Below, piece after piece: positions 36,624-46,899 of a stretch of DNA of 64,000 bases (within the stretch, counting starts at the first letter, position 1; every line of letters starts with the position of its first letter). The position numbers were made by a program, and so were the translations under genes. Source of the DNA: an uncultured Rhodospirillaceae bacterium (GTDB lineage Bacteria > Pseudomonadota > Alphaproteobacteria > UBA7887); NCBI GenBank assembly GCA_964408735.1, contig CAYPAX010000005.1, positions 374 through 64,373 of the forward strand, given 5' to 3'. The notes below the pieces were generated by a model that worked only from the letters and a program-made list of their open reading frames with translations, made no database searches and had not been told where the DNA came from.

Positions 36624-37606
36624 TCCTCGATATAGAACAATTGGCGGAGCGCGTCGTAGTGGCTGTCGTCACGCGATTTGAGGCGTTCCCAGGCGGTGTC
36701 GTAGGCGCGCCGGCGATATTCCCTGGCCGCATCGTCAGAGAGCGTTACCACTTCGACGCCACGCTTTCGCATCTCCGCGTCCTCGTCGATCGCCAGGCCG
36801 GCGAAGATGTCATAGGAACGCTGCTCGTGGTCGAGGCCGAGCGCCTGCAGGGCATCGCGCGCGGTGTCGCTCATGCTTTGCCAGCGATCGAGGTTCACCA
36901 GAATGACGATGTCGCCCTGGAAATAGCGCGGATCGATGCGGTGGGTAAGGAAATTGTCCCAGGAGAGGTCCATCAGGCCCACCGACGGCCAGCCGACGCC
37001 CACCACCGTGCCGCGCTCGAGCGCGGTATAGACCTCCGGCACCTTGATGTTGACGTAGGTCGCGCCGAGGCCGGTGAAGAACTCGCGGTAGAGCTGGGCG
37101 CCGCGGATACGCAGGCCGTCGAGATCGGGCAGACCGGCTGCGTCGAGCACCGGCGGCTGGGTCAGATAGATATGGAAGCCGAGGCTGCCTTCGGGATGGG
37201 AGAGCAAATAGGCGTTGAGCTTCTGCTGGTGGATCTCGTTGAGCAGCGCCAGGCCGCCATTGGCGCGCAGCTCGGCCGGCGAGACATTGCCACCGACAAA
37301 GGCGTCGGTCTCGGGCACGTCGCCGGGATAGTAGCTCGAAGGCCCATAGATCATGTCGACGATGCCGTTGCGCACGGCGTTCGCCTGCTCCGCCGTCGGC
37401 AGCGCCTCGGGCCCGCCGAGCAGATCGATGCGCAGCACCCCTGCCGCTTCCGCGTTCACCCGCTCGATGAAGCTGATGAAGCTCTGGCTGTAGACCGTGC
37501 CCAGCGGCAGCATCGAGGTTGCGCGCAGCACCTCCTCGGCGCGGCCGGCCCCGGCCATGGCCAGACCCGCCACAAGGGCGGCGGCAATTATCGTCTGTCG
37601 CCTCAT
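36620..37606 (-). CDS. dctP: TRAP transporter substrate-binding protein (DctP family)
   Basis: Signal peptide, GGPE, GLRIR, EVYTALERGTV. Confidence 0.88.
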   Translation of the reverse strand: MRRQTIIAAALVAGLAMAGAGRAEEVLRATSMLPLGTVYSQSFISFIERVNAEAAGVLRIDLLGGPEALPTAEQANAVRNGIVDMIYGPSSYYPGDVPETDAFVGGNVSPAELRANGGLALLNEIHQQKLNAYLLSHPEGSLGFHIYLTQPPVLDAAGLPDLDGLRIRGAQLYREFFTGLGATYVNIKVPEVYTALERGTVVGVGWPSVGLMDLSWDNFLTHRIDPRYFQGDIVILVNLDRWQSMSDTARDALQALGLDHEQRSYDIFAGLAIDEDAEMRKRGVEVVTLSDDAAREYRRRAYDTAWERLKSRDDSHYDALRQLFYIEE

Positions 37607-37673
37607 AGTGATCTTCCTCCCGGGCCGATTATGGAGCGGAATCGGGAGAAGCAAAAGCCACTTCCAAACCCGC

Positions 37674-38813
37674 TCAGAATCCGAGCTGCCGCGCTGCCAG
37701 ATCGCGCATGATTTCCTCGGCACCACCACCGATGGCGTTGACGCGCACCTCGCGATAGATGCGCTCGACCTTCTGGCCCCTCATGTAGCCGGCGCCGCCG
37801 AAGGTCTGCACCGCCTCGCGGGCGCAGTATTCCATGGTCAGGGTGGCCTGGTTCTTGAGCATGCAGATCTCGGCCACCGGGTTTTCGCCCTGGTCGATGC
37901 GCCAGGCGAGGCTTTCCAGAAAGGCCTGGGTGGCGTTGATCTGCATGGCCATGTCGACGAGCTTGTGGCGCACCACCTGGTGGTCGATGAGGCGCTTGCC
38001 GAAGGTCTGGCGCTCGCGCGCGTAGGCCACCGTCTCGTCGTAGCAGACCTGGGAGAAGCCGTTGCAGCCGGCGGCCATCATCAGGCGCTCGAAGTTGAAG
38101 TTCTGCATGACGATCTTGAAGCCCTGGTTCTCGACGCCGATGAGGTTCTCCGCGGGCACGCGGACATTGTCGAAATAGAGCGTTGCCGTGTCCGAGGCAT
38201 GCCAGCCCATCTTCTTCAGCGGCGTGCGCGAGAAGCCTGGCATATCGGCCTCGATCAGCAGCAGCGAGACGCCATGCATGCCGTCTGTGCCCGTGCGCAC
38301 CGCCGTTGTGATGTAATCCGCCTGCACGCCCGAGGTGATGAAGGTCTTGCTGCCGTTGACGATGTAATGGTCGCCCTCGCGCCGCGCCGTGGTCTGCAGG
38401 TTGGCGACGTCGGAGCCGCCCGAGGGCTCGGTGATGGCGAGCGCCGCGATCTTCTCGCCCGCCAGCACCCCGGGCACCACGCGGGCCTTCACGGGCTCGG
38501 TCGCCGCCCGGATGACGGGGGGAAGGCCGATAGCATGGCTGCCGAGGCTGGCCGCGACACCGCCGGCGCCGGGCCGTGCCAGCTCCTGGGCGACGATGAT
38601 CATGGTGAAGTGATCTGCCATCATGCCGCCGGCCGCGACAGGGTGATAGGCGCCGATCAGCCCGACCTCGCCCGCCTTGCGGAACAGCGCACGCGGCAAC
38701 AGCTCGGCCTCCTCCCAGGCCTCGACATGAGGCGCGATCTCGTTTTCGACGAAACGCCGCACGGTATCGCGCCAGGCCTCGTGATCGTCGCTGTAGTACT
38801 GACTTTGCGTCAT
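37674..38813 (-). CDS. Acyl-CoA dehydrogenase
   Basis: AITEPSGGSDV, NGSKTFITSG, KMGWHASDT, RQTFGK, FGGAGYM, IGGGAEEIM. Confidence 0.93.
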   Translation of the reverse strand: MTQSQYYSDDHEAWRDTVRRFVENEIAPHVEAWEEAELLPRALFRKAGEVGLIGAYHPVAAGGMMADHFTMIIVAQELARPGAGGVAASLGSHAIGLPPVIRAATEPVKARVVPGVLAGEKIAALAITEPSGGSDVANLQTTARREGDHYIVNGSKTFITSGVQADYITTAVRTGTDGMHGVSLLLIEADMPGFSRTPLKKMGWHASDTATLYFDNVRVPAENLIGVENQGFKIVMQNFNFERLMMAAGCNGFSQVCYDETVAYARERQTFGKRLIDHQVVRHKLVDMAMQINATQAFLESLAWRIDQGENPVAEICMLKNQATLTMEYCAREAVQTFGGAGYMRGQKVERIYREVRVNAIGGGAEEIMRDLAARQLGF

Positions 38814-38930
38814 GATGGGGACCTTTCCGGCATGTCGCCGGCATAATAGACCATCGCGACCGCAAACCGGTTCCAAACAGGCCACAAATGCTCTAGACGG
38901 GTCGCCACACACCGCAAAATGGAAGAACTC

Positions 38931-40520
38931 ATGCGCGATCTGCATCTGCCCGGCCGCTCGAACGTTCATGCCCGCAAGGGCATGGCCGCCACCTCGCACC
39001 CGGCGGCGACTCTGGCCGCTCTCGACATGCTGCGCGACGGCGGCAACGCCATCGATGCGTCGATCGCTGCTGCCGCCGTCCTTGCCGTCGTCGAGCCGCA
39101 ATCGACGGGCATCGGCGGCGATGTCTTTGCGCTCTATGTGCCAGGCGGCAGCGGCGAGGTCATCGCGCTGAACGGCTCGGGCCGCGCGCCTGCCGCGGCC
39201 ACGGTGGACTGGTACCGCGAGCAGGGCATGAGCGAGATCGCCTTTCGCTCGCCGCACGCGGTCTCGATCCCCGGTGCCATCGCGGCCTGGCAGACGCTCT
39301 CGGACGACCATGGCAGGCTGGGCCTGCGCAAGGTTCTGCAGCCCGCCATCGCCCACGCCCGCGACGGCTATGTGGTGCACGAGGTCATCGCCAAGGTCTG
39401 GGCCCAGGAATTCGACAAGCTCAACGCCACGGATGCCGCGCGCCGCACCTTTCTGCCCGAGGCGCGCGCGCCCGTGGCCGGCGAGATCCACCGCCAGCCG
39501 CAGCTGGCCGAGACACTGGCCGCGATCGCCGAGGGCGGCCGCGACGCCTTCTACCAGGGTCCCGTCGGCGAGGATCTGGTGGCATCGTTACAGAGCCACG
39601 GCGGCCTACAGACCCTCGACGATTTTGCCGCCGCGCGGGCCGATTACGTCACGCCGATCAAGACCGACTATCGCGGCGCCACGATCTACGAATGCCCGCC
39701 CAACGGCCAGGGCATCGTGGCGCTGATGATGCTCAACATGCTCTCGGGCTTCGACATGGCCGGGCTCGATCCCCTCGGCGCTGAGCGTTTTCACCTCGAG
39801 GCCGAGGCGGCGCGCCTCGCCTATCGCGATCGCGATGCGTTGTTGGCCGATCCGGAGCACGCCGAGGTGCCGGCCGAGCATCTGCTCTCGGCGGGCTATG
39901 CCGACGATCTGCGCGCGCTGATCTCCCGCGATCGGGCGATGCCCGACATGCCGCCCCCGGGCACGGCGCCGCACCGCGATACCGTCTATCTCAGCGTCGT
40001 CGACGAGGACCGCAACGCGGTCTCCTTCATCAACTCCCTGTTCCATTCCTGGGGCTCGGGCCTGGTCAGCGAGAAGACCGGGGTGACCTTCCACAATCGC
40101 GGCTCGGGCTTCGTCATCGATCCGGACCACCCGTGCTGCATCGCGCCGGGCAAGCGGCCGCTGCACACCATCATCCCCGGCATGGCCATGAAGGACGGGC
40201 GCGTGATGATGCCCTTCGGCGTCATGGGCGGGCACTACCAGCCGATCGGTCATGTGCATCTGCTGACCAACATGCTCGACTACGCCATGAGCCCGCAGGA
40301 AGCGCTCGATTTCCCGCGCGCCTTCGCCATCGGCGGCGAGCTGCGCGTCGAGCGCGGATTGCCAGGCGATGTCTGCGAGACCCTGGCCGGCTACGGCCAC
40401 AATGTTGTCGAGTCGAGCTTCCCCATCGGCGGCGGCCAGGCAATCACCATCGACTGGGACACCGGCGTGCTGACCGCCGGCTCCGAGCCCCGCAAGGACG
40501 GCTGCGCACTGGGCTATTGA
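38931..40520 (+). CDS. ggt: Gamma-glutamyltransferase family protein
   Basis: GGNAIDA, GIGGD, PPNGQG, DTVYL (Thr nucleophile), KRPLHTIIP, GVMGG, PRKDG. Confidence 0.93.
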   Translation: MRDLHLPGRSNVHARKGMAATSHPAATLAALDMLRDGGNAIDASIAAAAVLAVVEPQSTGIGGDVFALYVPGGSGEVIALNGSGRAPAAATVDWYREQGMSEIAFRSPHAVSIPGAIAAWQTLSDDHGRLGLRKVLQPAIAHARDGYVVHEVIAKVWAQEFDKLNATDAARRTFLPEARAPVAGEIHRQPQLAETLAAIAEGGRDAFYQGPVGEDLVASLQSHGGLQTLDDFAAARADYVTPIKTDYRGATIYECPPNGQGIVALMMLNMLSGFDMAGLDPLGAERFHLEAEAARLAYRDRDALLADPEHAEVPAEHLLSAGYADDLRALISRDRAMPDMPPPGTAPHRDTVYLSVVDEDRNAVSFINSLFHSWGSGLVSEKTGVTFHNRGSGFVIDPDHPCCIAPGKRPLHTIIPGMAMKDGRVMMPFGVMGGHYQPIGHVHLLTNMLDYAMSPQEALDFPRAFAIGGELRVERGLPGDVCETLAGYGHNVVESSFPIGGGQAITIDWDTGVLTAGSEPRKDGCALGY

Positions 40521-41398
40521 GGCCTGTCGAAGAGCGCGGTCGCGGCGCACCACCACTCGGGCCGTGCGGCGGCGATGCTGTGCTTTGCGGCTCTGGCCTG
40601 GTCGAGGTCGGCGAACAGGCCGAAGCAGGTGGCGCCGCTGCCGGACATGCGCGCCAGCAGGCAATCGGGTGCTGCGTCGAGCGCTGCCAGCACATCGGCG
40701 ATGACCGGCACCAGGCGCCGTGCCGGCGCTTCCAGGTCATTGCGGCGCTGGCCAAGCGCCGTCGCTAGGTCTGCCGGCGTCCGCGGCATCTTGGCAAAAG
40801 GCGCCGGCGGCGAATAGGGGCCTTCGCGGGCGGCGAAAACAGCCGGTGTTGCGACGGGCACACTAGGGTTGACGAGCAACAGCGCACAAGGCGGCAGTGG
40901 CGCGTCGGGCAGTGTCAGGTTTTCACCGACGCCGCCGAGCACGAGCGGTTGCGAGACCAGACAGGCCGGGACGTCGGCGCCCAGGCCGGCGGCAATGGCA
41001 TGCCTCTCTTCTGCCGGAAGTGTCACCTGCCAGAGCCGCGACAACAGGCGCAAGGCCGCCGCCGCGTCGGCCGATCCGCCGCCGATACCGGCGGCGACAG
41101 GCAGGGTCTTTTCCAGGGTGATCGCCGCTTGAGGCTCTATGCCGGCCGCTGTGGCGAGGGCTTGCGCGGCGCGCAACACAAGATTGTCCTCGTCCGCCGT
41201 CTCGCCGAGCGCCGAGGCATTGGGTCCGGTCACAGTTAGGCTGAGCCGGTCATCCGGCACGGCGGTCAGCACATCGCCGAGCGCCGTGAACACCACCAGG
41301 CTGTCGAGCAGGTGATAGCCGTCCTCGCGGCGGCCGGTGACGTGCAGATGCAGATTGACCTTGGCCGGTGCCGGCTCGCTGAGGCGACCTGGAGTCAG
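40514..41398 (-). CDS. ispE: 4-diphosphocytidyl-2-C-methyl-D-erythritol kinase; probable CTG start
   Basis: APAKVNLHLHVTGRREDGYHLLDSL (upstream of first GTG at 41296), PVAAGIGGGSADAAA, LGADVP, NDLE, RMSGSGATCF. Confidence 0.9.
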   Translation of the reverse strand: MTPGRLSEPAPAKVNLHLHVTGRREDGYHLLDSLVVFTALGDVLTAVPDDRLSLTVTGPNASALGETADEDNLVLRAAQALATAAGIEPQAAITLEKTLPVAAGIGGGSADAAAALRLLSRLWQVTLPAEERHAIAAGLGADVPACLVSQPLVLGGVGENLTLPDAPLPPCALLLVNPSVPVATPAVFAAREGPYSPPAPFAKMPRTPADLATALGQRRNDLEAPARRLVPVIADVLAALDAAPDCLLARMSGSGATCFGLFADLDQARAAKHSIAAARPEWWCAATALFDRPQ

Positions 41399-41400
41399 GT

Positions 41401-43203
41401 CTAAAGGTCCTCGGGTCGGTCGCCCGGCAGCGGCAGCGGGGCGAGGCCGTTGGCGATCTTCTCGCGCAGGCTATCGGCGACCTCGGTATCGGGCTCGAAG
41501 GAAAGCGCGCGGCGCCATTGGAAGCGCGCTTCCTCGCGCCGGCCGACCCGCCACAGCCCGTCGGCATAATGGTCGATGATGACCGGGTCCGAAGGCCGCA
41601 GCTCCGCGGCGCGCTCCAGCTGCTCTGCCGCCCCTTCGAAGTCGCCCAGCTGATAGAGCACCCAGCCCAGGCTATCGACGATATAGCCGTCGTTGGGCCG
41701 CTGCTCGACAGCGCTTTCGATCATCGCCCGGGCACGGTCGAGATAGAGGCCCTTCTCGACCCAGCTGTAGCCGAGATAGTTGAGCACCAGGGGCTGGTCC
41801 GGCTCGAGCTCAAGCGCCTGCAGGAAATCCGCTTCGGCGCGCGGCCATTGCTTCGAGCGCTCGAGGGCGATACCGCGGGCATAGAGCAGCGTCCAATGGC
41901 GCTGGTCGAGGGTGGGGATGCGCGCCAGCGCCAGATCATAAGCCTCGACCGCATCCTCCCAGCGGCTGCGGCTGCGCATCATGTCGCCGAGGGTGATCAA
42001 CGGATCCGCGCGCTCGGGACGCTCCAGCGCCATGCGCCGCAAATGCTCGGCTGCCTCGTCGATACGCTCCAGCTCCGCCAGTGCACCGGCCGCGCGCAGG
42101 CGCAAATGCCAGGTCAAGGCGTCGCTCTCGGTGGGCGAGGTGTAGGCCTCGACGGCCTCCTCATAGCGCTCGGTCGCGGCCATGATATCGCCGAGCATCA
42201 TCAGGCTGGCATCCATATCCGGGCGCAGATAGAGCGCCATCTGGGTGTAGGCCAACGCCGCCTCCACGGCGTTCTCCTGGAACAGCGAAGCGGCGATACC
42301 GTAGAAGACCTCGGCATAGCCCTCGGCGCTGTCGGCCACCAGCAGCGTCGGTGGCTCGTCCGTCACCAGCCTGCCGTAGGCTTGGTCGAGGAAGGTGGTG
42401 TCGGGATTCTGCTCGACATAGGAATCGTATATCGCACGTGCTTCGTCGTTGCGATCCGAGCGCTGGAAGAAACCCGCTGCGGCAAGCACCACCCGCAGCG
42501 AGCCGCCGCGCAGCGCGCTGAGCGCCCCAGCATAGCCGTTCTCGGTCTCCTGTTTGTGTCCGAGGATCTCGCCGATCAGCCCGGTGTGGAAGTCGTGGGT
42601 GCTGGCGAAAGCCGAGGTCTTGCCGAGCTCGCCCAGCGCCGCCATCGGATCGCCCGCCTCCGAGCCGACCAGGGTCCAGGCTGTCAGCAAGGGGATGAGA
42701 TATTTGTTGAGCCCCGACATCGGCGCGTCGTTGAGATGGCCGAGGGCGGCAGGCCTGTCGCCCTTGCCGATGGCATCGACTGCCAGCGCAATGCCGGCAA
42801 TGCGCGTTTCCTCGTCGACTTTCTGCAGGCGTAACGCATAGTCGACCGCACCCGCCATGTCGCGCTCGGACAGCGATGCCGTCAGGGCTTGGGCCAGCAG
42901 TTCAGGATTGGCGGGGTCGTCGGCCAGCACCCGGGCGACGTAATGGGCGATGGCGGCGCTGTCGTGGTTGCGCCGCGCGTGACGTGCCGCGAGATAGCTG
43001 CCGAGACCGGATGTTGCGGCGGGCAGGTCGCCATTGCCGGCTGCCGGAGCGACAGCGTCGGCGATATTGGCTTCGCCGGTCGCCTCGCCATTGCCGCCAT
43101 TGCCGCCGCATCCCGCCACCAGAGCCGCGACGGCAAACAGGGCCGCTAGCGTTGGCGACGCGGGGCGTCGGCGCTTCGTGGTGGATATGACCAGGGAGCC
43201 CAT
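41401..43203 (-). CDS. Tetratricopeptide-repeat lipoprotein; start approximate
   Basis: Lipobox VAGC, GSYLAAR, TPRs with VLNYLGYSW, IVDSLGW; usual neighbour of ispE. Confidence 0.88.
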   Translation of the reverse strand: MGSLVISTTKRRRPASPTLAALFAVAALVAGCGGNGGNGEATGEANIADAVAPAAGNGDLPAATSGLGSYLAARHARRNHDSAAIAHYVARVLADDPANPELLAQALTASLSERDMAGAVDYALRLQKVDEETRIAGIALAVDAIGKGDRPAALGHLNDAPMSGLNKYLIPLLTAWTLVGSEAGDPMAALGELGKTSAFASTHDFHTGLIGEILGHKQETENGYAGALSALRGGSLRVVLAAAGFFQRSDRNDEARAIYDSYVEQNPDTTFLDQAYGRLVTDEPPTLLVADSAEGYAEVFYGIAASLFQENAVEAALAYTQMALYLRPDMDASLMMLGDIMAATERYEEAVEAYTSPTESDALTWHLRLRAAGALAELERIDEAAEHLRRMALERPERADPLITLGDMMRSRSRWEDAVEAYDLALARIPTLDQRHWTLLYARGIALERSKQWPRAEADFLQALELEPDQPLVLNYLGYSWVEKGLYLDRARAMIESAVEQRPNDGYIVDSLGWVLYQLGDFEGAAEQLERAAELRPSDPVIIDHYADGLWRVGRREEARFQWRRALSFEPDTEVADSLREKIANGLAPLPLPGDRPEDL

Positions 43204-43344
43204 CGGGCAAAGCCTCGCATTGGCGTTGAATTGTCCTATTACATAGCCATCCCCGACGGCGAAGTCCACGCGGGCAGAGGTTGACCTTTGCGTGACTTTG
43301 GCGCAAAAGAGCGCCCGCAGCCGCCCCAGGAGAAGAATGAGACT

Positions 43345-43536
43345 ATGGCCAGCAAGAACAATCCGGCTCGGCGTCAGCGCCAGAGCGCCGACAAGGACTA
43401 CCAGGGCAAGAAGGTGAAGCCGGTGCTTTATGTCGGCTCCTTCGTCGGCCATGGCCGCTATATCGCGGCCCAGGACGAAGGCGGCAAGCTGGTCAAGGAC
43501 ACGGCCGGCAAGCCGATCCCCTTCAGCGCCATCTGA
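43345..43536 (+). CDS. Small basic hypothetical protein (63 aa)
   Basis: AGGAG upstream, strong GC3 bias, [10 protein letters not shown]...[20 protein letters not shown]...GKPIPF. Confidence 0.7.
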   Translation: MASKNNPARRQRQSADKDYQGKKVKPVLYVGSFVGHGRYIAAQDEGGKLVKDTAGKPIPFSAI

Positions 43537-43546
43537 TCCCGCGACC

Positions 43547-44353
43547 ATGGCCGGACAGGCGAGCGGCGATCATGCCGGCGCGCTGTCCGCGCTTGCCTGG
43601 CAGGTTGCCGCCGGTGCCGACGAGGCACTCGACGATACGCCGCGCAACCGCCTGATCGCGGCGAAAGAGCCGGCCCCCGAACCTGAGGCACGGCCAGCCG
43701 CGCCTGTGAACGCGCTGACGCCCACCAATGCTCTGATCGACCACGCCCGCGCTGCCGCCGAAGCGGCCGATAGCGTTGCCGCATTGGCCGCCGCGGTGGC
43801 GGCTTTCGATGGCTGTGCCTTGAAGAAAACCGCCAAGAACACCGTCTTCGCCGATGGCAATCCGCAAGCCGATCTGATGCTGATCGGCGAGGCGCCTGGC
43901 GCCGAAGAGGACCGCCGCGGCCTGCCGTTCGTCGGCAAGGCCGGCCAGCTGCTCGATCGCATGCTGGCGGCGATCGGGCGCGACCGCGACAGCGCCTATA
44001 TCACCAACATGCTGTTCTGGCGCCCGCCCGGCAACCGCTCGCCGAGCCCTGAGGAAATTGCGCTCTGCCGCCCCTTCGTCGATCGCCACATGGCGCTGGT
44101 GCGTCCGCGGCTTGTGGTTTGCGTCGGTGGGATTTCCGCCAAGGCATTGCTCGATCGCACGGAAGGCATCACGCGGTTGCGCGGCAAATGGTACGAGATC
44201 GCGCCTCCGGGCTGCGAGGCCATTGCCGCCACGGCCATGTTCCATCCGGCCTACCTGTTGCGCCAGCCGGCCCAAAAGAGACTGGCCTGGCGAGACCTCT
44301 TGGCGATTCGCGACAAGCTTGGCGAAAGCACGGCAAAACACGAAAAAAAGTGA
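43547..44353 (+). CDS. Uracil-DNA glycosylase family 4
   Basis: [33 protein letters not shown]. Confidence 0.92.
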   Translation: MAGQASGDHAGALSALAWQVAAGADEALDDTPRNRLIAAKEPAPEPEARPAAPVNALTPTNALIDHARAAAEAADSVAALAAAVAAFDGCALKKTAKNTVFADGNPQADLMLIGEAPGAEEDRRGLPFVGKAGQLLDRMLAAIGRDRDSAYITNMLFWRPPGNRSPSPEEIALCRPFVDRHMALVRPRLVVCVGGISAKALLDRTEGITRLRGKWYEIAPPGCEAIAATAMFHPAYLLRQPAQKRLAWRDLLAIRDKLGESTAKHEKK

Positions 44354-44538
44354 CCGCCAAGTCTTGGGGGCACTTCTCAGGCGCCTCCGGCAGTCAGCTG
44401 AATTTGCTTCGATAATTTCCGTTCGGTCCGATTTGGCAACGAATTTGCGGACCGTTCCATGTTCTTGCGGCCCTCGCCGGTCCCGACTATAAGACGCGTT
44501 CATTTTCGACGTATTTTAGGCAAATTTGGGGTTCCGGC

Positions 44539-46350
44539 GTGGCGCTTGTGGCGAAAGTTCGGTCGGCGGCAGCAATTGTGGCGCTCGTGATGGCGCTCGG
44601 TAGCGCCAGTGCGAACGCCCAGGACGGCGCAGCGGAAGAACGTTTCGCGGCGCTTGGCGGCGCCGTGGTGGCGCTGGATCGGGTCGCCCGCCTGCCTGCG
44701 ATATTGAGCCGCCGGGACCAGGAGCGCTACCGGCAAATATTCGCTCTTCAGGAGGATGGCGCGTGGGATGACGCGGACACACTGATCGCGACGCTCGACG
44801 ACCCGGTGCTGATGGGTCATGTGCTGTTCCAGCGCTACATGCACCCGACCAAATACCGCTCATCCTATGACGAGCTTGCCGGCTGGTTGCAGCTTTATGC
44901 GGACCACCCTGGGGCGGCGCGCATCCATCGCCTGGCCTTGCGGCGCCAGCCCGCGGGCGCCGCGGCGCCGCGCGAACCGGTGGCGGGCACGCTGAGAGGC
45001 ATTGGCGAGATCGGCGACTATGTCGAGCCGGCCCTGCCGCGCCTCGATCTCGATCGCAACCAGCGCAAGGCTGCCAAGGCCATTCGCCGCGAGGTCTTGC
45101 GGCTGGTGCGCAAGGGCAAGCCCGACCAGGCCGAGGCGCGGCTTGGCGGCGCGGGCGTTGCAGGTCTGTTGAGCGCGGCGGAGCAGGACGCCCTGGCGGC
45201 CACTGTCGCGCGGGGCTACTTCGTTGCCGGACGCAGCGGCGATGCGCGTGCCATTGCCGAGCCGGCCGCAGAGCGTTCAGGCGCCCATGTCGGCGAAGCG
45301 CGCTGGGTTGCCGGGCTTGCGGCCTGGCGTCTCGACGATATCGCCGGTGCGTTGCCGCATTTCGCCAAGCTTGCGGAATCGACCTCGGACCCGATCTTGA
45401 TATCCGGCGGGGCCTACTGGGCCGCGCGCGCCTTCACCCGCCAGGGCAATGCGGCTGCCGCCACGCGCATGCTGCGTCTCGCTGCGGCGCATCCGCGCAC
45501 CATCTACGGCCAGCTCGCGCAAGCCTCGTTGTTCGAGGCGCCTGATTTTTCCTGGGAGCCGGCTCGTCTCAACCAGGCAATGCTCGAGAGTCTGCAAAGC
45601 GCGCCAGGCACGCGCCGTGCCATCGCCCTTGCCGAGGCGGGCAAGACAGCGCTGGCCGAACAGGAAGGCCGCAAGCTCTATGCCCGGCTAGGGCGAGAGG
45701 CGGCACCGGCCGTATTGGCGCTCGCGGACGCCCTGGCCTTGCCCGGCATCCAGATCCGCCTTGGCAGCCAGCTTGCCGTAGCGGATGGCAGGCGGCATTT
45801 GCGCGCCCTCTACCCGGTGCCGAACTGGCAGCCGGCGGGTGGTTTTCGCGTCGACCAGGCTTTGATCCTGGCTCTCGTGCGCCAGGAATCGACCTTTGAT
45901 TCCCGTGCCCGCAGCAGTGCCGGCGCCCGTGGCCTGATGCAGCTCATGCCGCGCACGGCAGCCTATATTGCAGACGACCGCCGTTATGCAAGTGGCGCAG
46001 CAGACGCCCTATTCGCACCTAGGCTCAATCTGTCGCTGGGGCAGAAATATGTGCGCTACCTGCTCGAACACGACCGTGTCGAGGGCAATTTGCTGCATTT
46101 GCTGGCGGCCTACAACGCCGGCCCTGGACGGCTCGGCAAGTGGCTGGCGCGAATGGACGGCGAGGACGACCCGCTGATGTTCATCGAGAGCCTGCCCTCG
46201 CGCGAGACCCGGCGCTTCATCCGGCATGTGCTGGCGAATCTGTGGATCTACCGCCACCGTCTTGGCGAGCGGGCGCACAGCCTTAACGCCCTCGTGGCGG
46301 GCCGCTGGCCCATTCTTGAAGAACCGGGCGAGCTGGCTGACGCCCGTTAA
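44539..46350 (+). CDS. Lytic transglycosylase (Slt domain)
   Basis: Signal peptide, RQESTF, GARGLMQLMP.TA, AYNAGPG, ETR. Confidence 0.92.
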   Translation: MALVAKVRSAAAIVALVMALGSASANAQDGAAEERFAALGGAVVALDRVARLPAILSRRDQERYRQIFALQEDGAWDDADTLIATLDDPVLMGHVLFQRYMHPTKYRSSYDELAGWLQLYADHPGAARIHRLALRRQPAGAAAPREPVAGTLRGIGEIGDYVEPALPRLDLDRNQRKAAKAIRREVLRLVRKGKPDQAEARLGGAGVAGLLSAAEQDALAATVARGYFVAGRSGDARAIAEPAAERSGAHVGEARWVAGLAAWRLDDIAGALPHFAKLAESTSDPILISGGAYWAARAFTRQGNAAAATRMLRLAAAHPRTIYGQLAQASLFEAPDFSWEPARLNQAMLESLQSAPGTRRAIALAEAGKTALAEQEGRKLYARLGREAAPAVLALADALALPGIQIRLGSQLAVADGRRHLRALYPVPNWQPAGGFRVDQALILALVRQESTFDSRARSSAGARGLMQLMPRTAAYIADDRRYASGAADALFAPRLNLSLGQKYVRYLLEHDRVEGNLLHLLAAYNAGPGRLGKWLARMDGEDDPLMFIESLPSRETRRFIRHVLANLWIYRHRLGERAHSLNALVAGRWPILEEPGELADAR

Positions 46351-46362
46351 GGAGCCTCCACC

Positions 46363-46899
46363 ATGTCCAAGATCGATTCACCGCGACCTTTCCTCGCGGT
46401 CAACATCGCTATTCTCACGGTGTCCGACAGTCGCACCTTGGAAGACGACAGATCCGGCCAGACCCTGGTCGATCGCCTGCAAGGGGCGGGGCACAACTTG
46501 GCCGATCGCGCCATCGTCACCGACGATATTCCGGCGATTACGGACAAATTGAAGGAATGGATCGCCGATCCAGAGGTCGATGCCGTCATCGCCACGGGCG
46601 GCACGGGTGTCACCGGGCGCGATGTCACGCCGGAGGCCTTCGAGGCGGTCTACGAGAAGGCGGTGCCGGGCTTCGGCGAGCTCTTCCGCATGCTCTCCTA
46701 CGAGAAGATCAAGACCTCGACCATCCAGTCGCGCGCCACCGCGGGCGTGGCCGGCGGCACCTATCTGTTTGCGGTTCCGGGCTCGCCCGGCGCCTGCAAG
46801 GACGCCTGGGACGACATCCTCGTCCAGCAGCTCGACAGCCGCCACATGCCGTGCAATTTCGTCGAGCTGATGCCGCGCCTCATGGAAGGCCTGCAATAG
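46363..46899 (+). CDS. moaB: Molybdenum cofactor biosynthesis protein B
   Basis: LTVSDSR, DRSG, TGGTGVTGRDVTPEA, GFGELFR, QSRA, PGS, PCNFV. Confidence 0.93.
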   Translation: MSKIDSPRPFLAVNIAILTVSDSRTLEDDRSGQTLVDRLQGAGHNLADRAIVTDDIPAITDKLKEWIADPEVDAVIATGGTGVTGRDVTPEAFEAVYEKAVPGFGELFRMLSYEKIKTSTIQSRATAGVAGGTYLFAVPGSPGACKDAWDDILVQQLDSRHMPCNFVELMPRLMEGLQ

